Shown: in pieces, positions 58,620 to 64,000 of the stretch
Numbering within the stretch: the stretch's first letter is position 1
Layout of the letters: every line of letters starts with the position of its first letter
Assembly (NCBI GenBank): GCA_036630325.1
Contig: CP142726.1
Location: 1,054,001-1,118,000, forward strand
Length of the DNA: 64,000 bases
Origin: Vairimorpha necatrix
Taxonomy: Eukaryota
Direction of reading: 5' to 3'
The notes under the pieces: model-generated
What the model saw: only the letters and a program-made list of their open reading frames with translations
Databases searched by the model: none
What the model was told of the DNA's origin: nothing
Made by a program: the position numbers and the translations under genes

Positions 58620-58865
58620 TGTTTTTTTCTTTTCGAAGAATGCGGCCATTTCCTCTGGTATCTGCTCCTCATTTTCGATAACGTATTCTCCTTGCGTGTT
58701 CTAATAGCTCCTATACTATAAAGCCCGTGTCTGTTTGATACAGTTAATCTTTACGAAGTCATTAAGGATTTTTGTCTGTATAAATGCTTCCGTGCGTAGT
58801 TTTGGTTGAGGCTTTTAGTGTGTGCATGGCGCAACTAGTTACAATTCCTCTCAAATCATCACTAA
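58620..58865 (-). mobile_element. Degenerate 3' fragment of RLE-type LINE
   Basis: Minus strand reads GIVTS ... RTEAFIQTKIL and tcaaacagacacgggc, similar to 33690-33830. Confidence 0.6.
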
Positions 58866-59725
58866 GAAATAATTTTAGCTTGAATTAATAGGGATTTATC
58901 AATTATATGACAATGTCTTTAATATAATCGAGCTGTGTGTCGTAAATACAGCCATATATTTGTATGTTTTATTGATGTCTTAAATGGCTCTTTGAGTTTT
59001 TTATCTATAAAAAAGATGATATTAATATTATATAAAAATTTATAAGTACATTTTTTGATGTGAGGACTACAAAAATTATTATCACTAACAAATAGAATCA
59101 TTTTAATGACGCAATAATATATCTCTATATATAAACTTAAAAGAATAAAATTTCCACAGTTTCGAACCTAACGAAGTAAAAAAAAATGTGTAGACTTAAA
59201 AATTATTGCAAAAAGTAAAAAATTAAATATGGTCAATAACTTCTATTTTTATCGTATAACATCATACGTTGTGCTTAAATATTTCAGAAAAAAAAACTAT
59301 GTATTACGGCTAAAACCACAGCTACAAATACATTTAAACACATATATGTAGGCATAAACAAAAACATACTATAATGAGATTTATCTATGATATAATAGAT
59401 CATACTGTTGGATTAAACATAATAAAAATATTATAACGCATACAATGTCATCTAAAATAAAAATTATTTTTTGAATTTTTATTTGACAAGATAAATCTGA
59501 ATGAAAGTGAGTACTTTATTTCATATCTTTGTGATATGATAGTAAAATTTTTGAAGTATAATAACATTTGAGTTTGCAAAAAAAAATTCAGTAGATGCAT
59601 ATTCCGATATAACCATGAAAGTATAGTCAACGGATATTTAAAGAATTTATATAAACATCTTAGTCAAAAAATTGTTCTCAAATTAATATAATATATGGGC
59701 AAAAAATGATAAAAAAGTTTAATTT

Positions 59726-60588
59726 TTATAGTTTTTTTTTTATTTCCATGTTAAACATTTCACAGATATCTTGTATAGGCGATAAAAATTTGTTAACATT
59801 TTCATAAGATCTTTGAAAAATCTCTTTTAGCGCTTTTAGTTGTTTTGTTATTTCATTTAAATCGTTTTTCTTGAAGACAGTCTCTTGTAATATACATCTT
59901 TCTGTATGATATATTATTTTAGTTATCGAAATTTTATTGAATAAAATGAATATGCAATATTCTAACGTTCGATAAACTATAATCAAATCTTTAATATTAT
60001 TTTCAATCAATCGTTTGTATGTATTGTTGTTTAAAATGTAAATAAATTTTTCAATAACATCACAAATAAACACATAAAAATCTTTCTTATTCTCTCCCAA
60101 TTTTGATTCCTTAAAAAGAGTTTTAAGTGTATCAATTCGATTACTTGTCAATTTTTTTAGCTGAGCAACCACATGATGGTATTTTTGCTTGTTTTTCCTG
60201 ATTTGTTTTGTAAATTCATTGTTAATTATAACATCATTGTCAAAATCATAGGTTAAATTTTTCAAATTCTTTTTTTTGACAGCAGCCCATAAAGAATGTC
60301 TATCGCCCTACCTAGTTCAACAAGAAGTACATAATGATCTTCTTTTTCTTCAATTAATTTTTTATCTATTAGGTCATGAAGCACATTGCGTTCTTCCGGA
60401 TCCAACGTATTTAGATGATTTTCTAAATTCTTACACTCCAAAATATCTTTTGGTGTTCTTTTATAGCGTAAATCATACAATCTAATAGCATGGCTTTTGT
60501 TGTTTTTTTGATTGTCCTTGCTTTTTGAACAAAATATCAAAGATTAGGCAAAAAACAACTGAATTTTTCTTCTATTAACTATTATCAT
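59726..60588 (-). pseudogene. Frameshifted member of a second orphan family
   Basis: Abutting ORFs 60262-60540 and 59726-60265 plus an upstream ATG at 60588; C-part aligns with 63397-63987 (FYVFICD/FYIFIID, LNEI, SYEN.NK.L..IQ.I.EM). Confidence 0.7.
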
Positions 60589-61955
60589 GGTTTATTGATA
60601 AAAATTTTTAATTATAAATTCAAGAAAAAAGTTTTAGTAAAAGATTTGGTGTTTTCATTATAAATTTGTAGGAAGTGTAGCACATGTCAAATCCGGCAGT
60701 GTCCATTATTAGATATTTGACATGTGTTTTTTTAAGAATATTTTTTAAATAAATAAACCTATGTTGTCATTTCAACAAAATTATCATTTAGATACTAATA
60801 ATAAATGTATATAAACTACTTTACAGGCGTGTGTGTGTGCAACATAGGAAAATGTAAAAATCATGTAACATTTTAGCCAACTAATTGCCTATGTTAGACG
60901 TTATAATAGCCTTAGTTATAAAACATCGTATATTATTACATAAAATCGTTTTTTATACCCTTCCTGTTGTAATGATGATTTATTAAATATGATAGATATT
61001 AATTTAAATAAACATTGTTTGTATATCTTATATTTCTATTATATAGTATGCAAAAATTATATAAAAAATTTTAATTTCAATTAACTAATTAATGCTTTTT
61101 AATGTTTTAAACGTTCTGGGCTAAGTAATGTGAAAACTTAGTAATCATTAATCATACTCGTCCACGGCGTGGTTTTTTATGATTAGAATCTACAAAAAAC
61201 GATATGTTAGAGAATTTAGTATTATTTCGAAATATGTATAATTAAAGTATGTTATGAACCTATTTTATGTCGCTACTCTGATTTCTAAAAATTTCTTTTA
61301 CCAATAAATTTCCTTTTGCAGCTATTAACAATATCAAAAAAACGTAAGAAACTTGAGCTGCCCCATTCCTACGATTTTTTTTAGTTTTATTATGAGGCCA
61401 AAGATATTGTAGTAAGTTTTCATAGTATCTAAAGAATATTACGGCAACTTTATATATCGAACCTTTTTGAGATTTTTTTCATTCCATTAAATAACTAAAT
61501 TAAAAATTAGAAAACGATTTTTAAAAATTATTCTTAGATTAAAGAAATAATTTATAAATTATTTCTGTATCATACTAACAAAAAAAATTTTGAAAATATT
61601 CAAAGATTTTATAAAAAATCTAAACCTTTAATATAAATAATTAATAACAATTTATATGTTTTTTAACAAGCGTAAAAATAAATTTGTTTAAAATATTTAG
61701 TCAATTCCATATGTAGCAATAAAAGCTATTGAACACGTGATTATAAACAGCAACAACAATATTAAATCAAAAAAAGAACATCGTCGAGATTTGGAAATTA
61801 TTAGTTTGATATCTAAAATAAAAGATTTAAATCTGCAATGATAGTTTTTATTAAATATAAACAAGTTCACATTGAAAGAGCTTTAACAAATTACTACTGA
61901 GGCTCACCGTTATTTAAATTAATTAACACGACTTTATAATTTATGCTAATCCATT

Positions 61956-62969
61956 GGCTAAAGTTAGCTTTAGCTAACAAAAATGCATATAGGGTTTTTT
62001 TTCTTTTTTTTGCCCCTTTTTTAAAAAAATGGAGGAGACAATTATGACTAGAGCAGAAATGGAAACAGTCTATAATATTTTATTTGACAAAAAAAGAAAC
62101 AGTTATCCAAAGTGTGTAACGGTAGAATGAGGTTGCTTAGTAAACAGGTCACTATCTTAAAATGTACTTGGAAGAACTGAAAGAAGACATTTCAATGTGG
62201 AAAGGCACATTCTTTGAACTTTAGACTCGATCATATCACAATTTTGCAGATACTTAATTTGTGGCTTCTAGGATATCCTCGTTAGTATATTAGCCAAATT
62301 TTATGTTGTTCAAAACCTTCAAAATCGTTTAATTTAAAAAAGCTAAAGCAAATAGACATTTATGATAAATATTTATCATCTTTGGACAAGATGGGCGGGG
62401 AAAATATTATATTAGAAATAGATGAAACTAAAATTGGAAAAATAAGTATAATAGAAGTAAACTAGTGAAAGGGTTTTGGTGTTTTGGAATGATAGAGCGT
62501 TTTTTAAAACGAACTATAATAATTACGTATATTAAAAAAAGAGATAAAAAAGCACTTACTGACCTTTTATTTAAATATGTGAGCACGGAAAGTACTATAT
62601 ACAGCGATATGTGGAAGGCTTACCGTTCCTTGGGTAATGATTTCGAGCAACATCACATGGTCAACCACTCATTACACTTTCGAGATCCTAATACTATGGT
62701 TCATACCAATACCATAGAAGGTAATTGAGATCACTCAAAAATTCTATACCTAACCGAAATAGGTCTGCAAATAGTGCCAAATTTTATTTATTAGGTATAC
62801 TTCGAAGAAATGCATCTAATTCTGTTTTTGATGCATTTTAAATTTATTGTTCTGATTTTTGTTTTTGTTCCTTCCTCATCGTTTTCTCTCCTCCATTTTT
62901 TAAAAAAAGGGGCAAAAAAAAGAAAAAAAACCCTATATGCATTTTTGTTAGCTAAAGCTAACTTTAGCC
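61956..62969 (+). mobile_element. Merlin DNA transposon, family B, copy 2 (transposase with several stops and frameshifts)
   Basis: Same TIR as 29019-30038; 8-bp TSD AATCCATT at 61948-61955 and 62970-62977; collinear with copy 1. Confidence 0.95.
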
Positions 62970-63396
62970 AATCCATTGTTAAAAAATATATGAATGATAT
63001 GTTTTTGCATATTGTCATAACATTAAATGCTTTTTTGTATATATAAGACACTGACAAAAAATTATATTAAAAAATCCATACGGCTAATCCAAACATTTTC
63101 TTAGTGTAATATAAAAAATCGGAAGTTGATCAAGAGCAACAAAACATAATATCACTTTACAAGTAGTAATAGTTTCATTTCTGAATAAATAAAACGCAAT
63201 TTAAATCTTATATCTTACATGTTTTGTTTTATTGCAATGTAAGAAAAGAGGTTCGTACATCTAATTTTCATATAATTCATTGATTTGTCAACTTTTTAGG
63301 TAATTTAATGTTCTGATGTATGAGTATAAAATGTGCAGTAAAAAAATGAAAAAAATATGATTGCTACGTTTATAGCTCTAATAAATATACACAGAA

Positions 63397-64000
63397 TTAC
63401 AACTTTTTATTATTTTTTACGTTCTCAGTTTTTACCATTTCAAAAATGTTTTGTATAGACAACAGACATTTATTTAAATTTTCGTAGCTTTTTGTAATGC
63501 TTAGCGCCAATAACCTTAAAAGTTTTCTAATTTCATTTAACTCGACGGCATTAATAGCTGGTTCTAGTAATATAAAATTTTCTGCGTAATTAAATATTTT
63601 AATCAATGAAATACTATTCATTGATTTACGAATACAGTAATCCGCTGTTTTATGATGATTAATTAAATATTCATAATTATTTTCATTTAAGTAGCTGTAT
63701 ATATTGTAAAATTTAATGCCAATAAAATTTTCAACAAAATCAATGATAAAAATATAAAATTCTGTTTTATCAAAATTTAATTCTAGATTAATTAGAAGCT
63801 TTTTTAGAGTGTTGATGTAATTACTTGTATTATAATTCAACATAAATCGTTTATCATAATATTTTTTGTTATTTTCGCTAATTTTCCTGTAAACATCCTC
63901 ATTGATGAAAAAATTATCATCACAATGATCGAGAGTATTGATAACAGTATTTTTTATTGTTGATAGCTCATTTAAAACATCTAACATTTTGCCTAGTTCG
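63397..64000 (-). CDS. Orphan family protein, 5' end outside the window; paralog of 59726-60588
   Basis: Frame open to the window edge; ELGK/ELGR and C-terminal similarity to the 59.7-kb locus. Confidence 0.7.
   Translation of the reverse strand, partial: ELGKMLDVLNELSTIKNTVINTLDHCDDNFFINEDVYRKISENNKKYYDKRFMLNYNTSNYINTLKKLLINLELNFDKTEFYIFIIDFVENFIGIKFYNIYSYLNENNYEYLINHHKTADYCIRKSMNSISLIKIFNYAENFILLEPAINAVELNEIRKLLRLLALSITKSYENLNKCLLSIQNIFEMVKTENVKNNKKL

Noticed and set aside
62791..63057. ORFs spanning the right end of Merlin copy 2
   Set aside because: They cross the TIR/TSD boundary in low-complexity sequence; chance frames
1..64000. tRNA or rRNA genes
   Set aside because: No cloverleaf or rRNA-like segment recognised by eye

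Overview
Very AT-rich, intron-poor eukaryotic DNA with microsporidian hallmarks: CCC/GGG motifs just upstream of start codons, very short intergenic spacers and reduced proteins. It is probably Nosema/Vairimorpha (inference). There are three compartments. (1) 1-34 kb is gene-poor and TE-rich, with five minus-strand copies of a lineage-specific ~275-aa family (one pseudogenised), two Merlin/IS1595-type DNA transposons, MITEs, many 3' fragments of RLE-type LINEs and two Ty3/Gypsy elements. (2) 34.5-56 kb is a compact core of 15 housekeeping genes (SAC1, PSA1, SRP72-like, DEAH helicase, CDC73, PNO1, RPN11, CCR4, RPS7, SEC23, MCM8, NSA2, RAD51, PGS1, TAF10). (3) 56-64 kb is TE-rich again, with a head-to-tail Helitron trimer, a third Merlin and a second orphan family. 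The most striking observation is two LTR retroelements with LTRs of only 49 and 51-54 bp, each bounded by a 5-bp TSD with a PBS and PPT. In both, the LTR-terminal CA plus the PBS TGG spell an ATG, and the full-length element shows no recognisable protease. SEC23 also carries an in-frame TGA.
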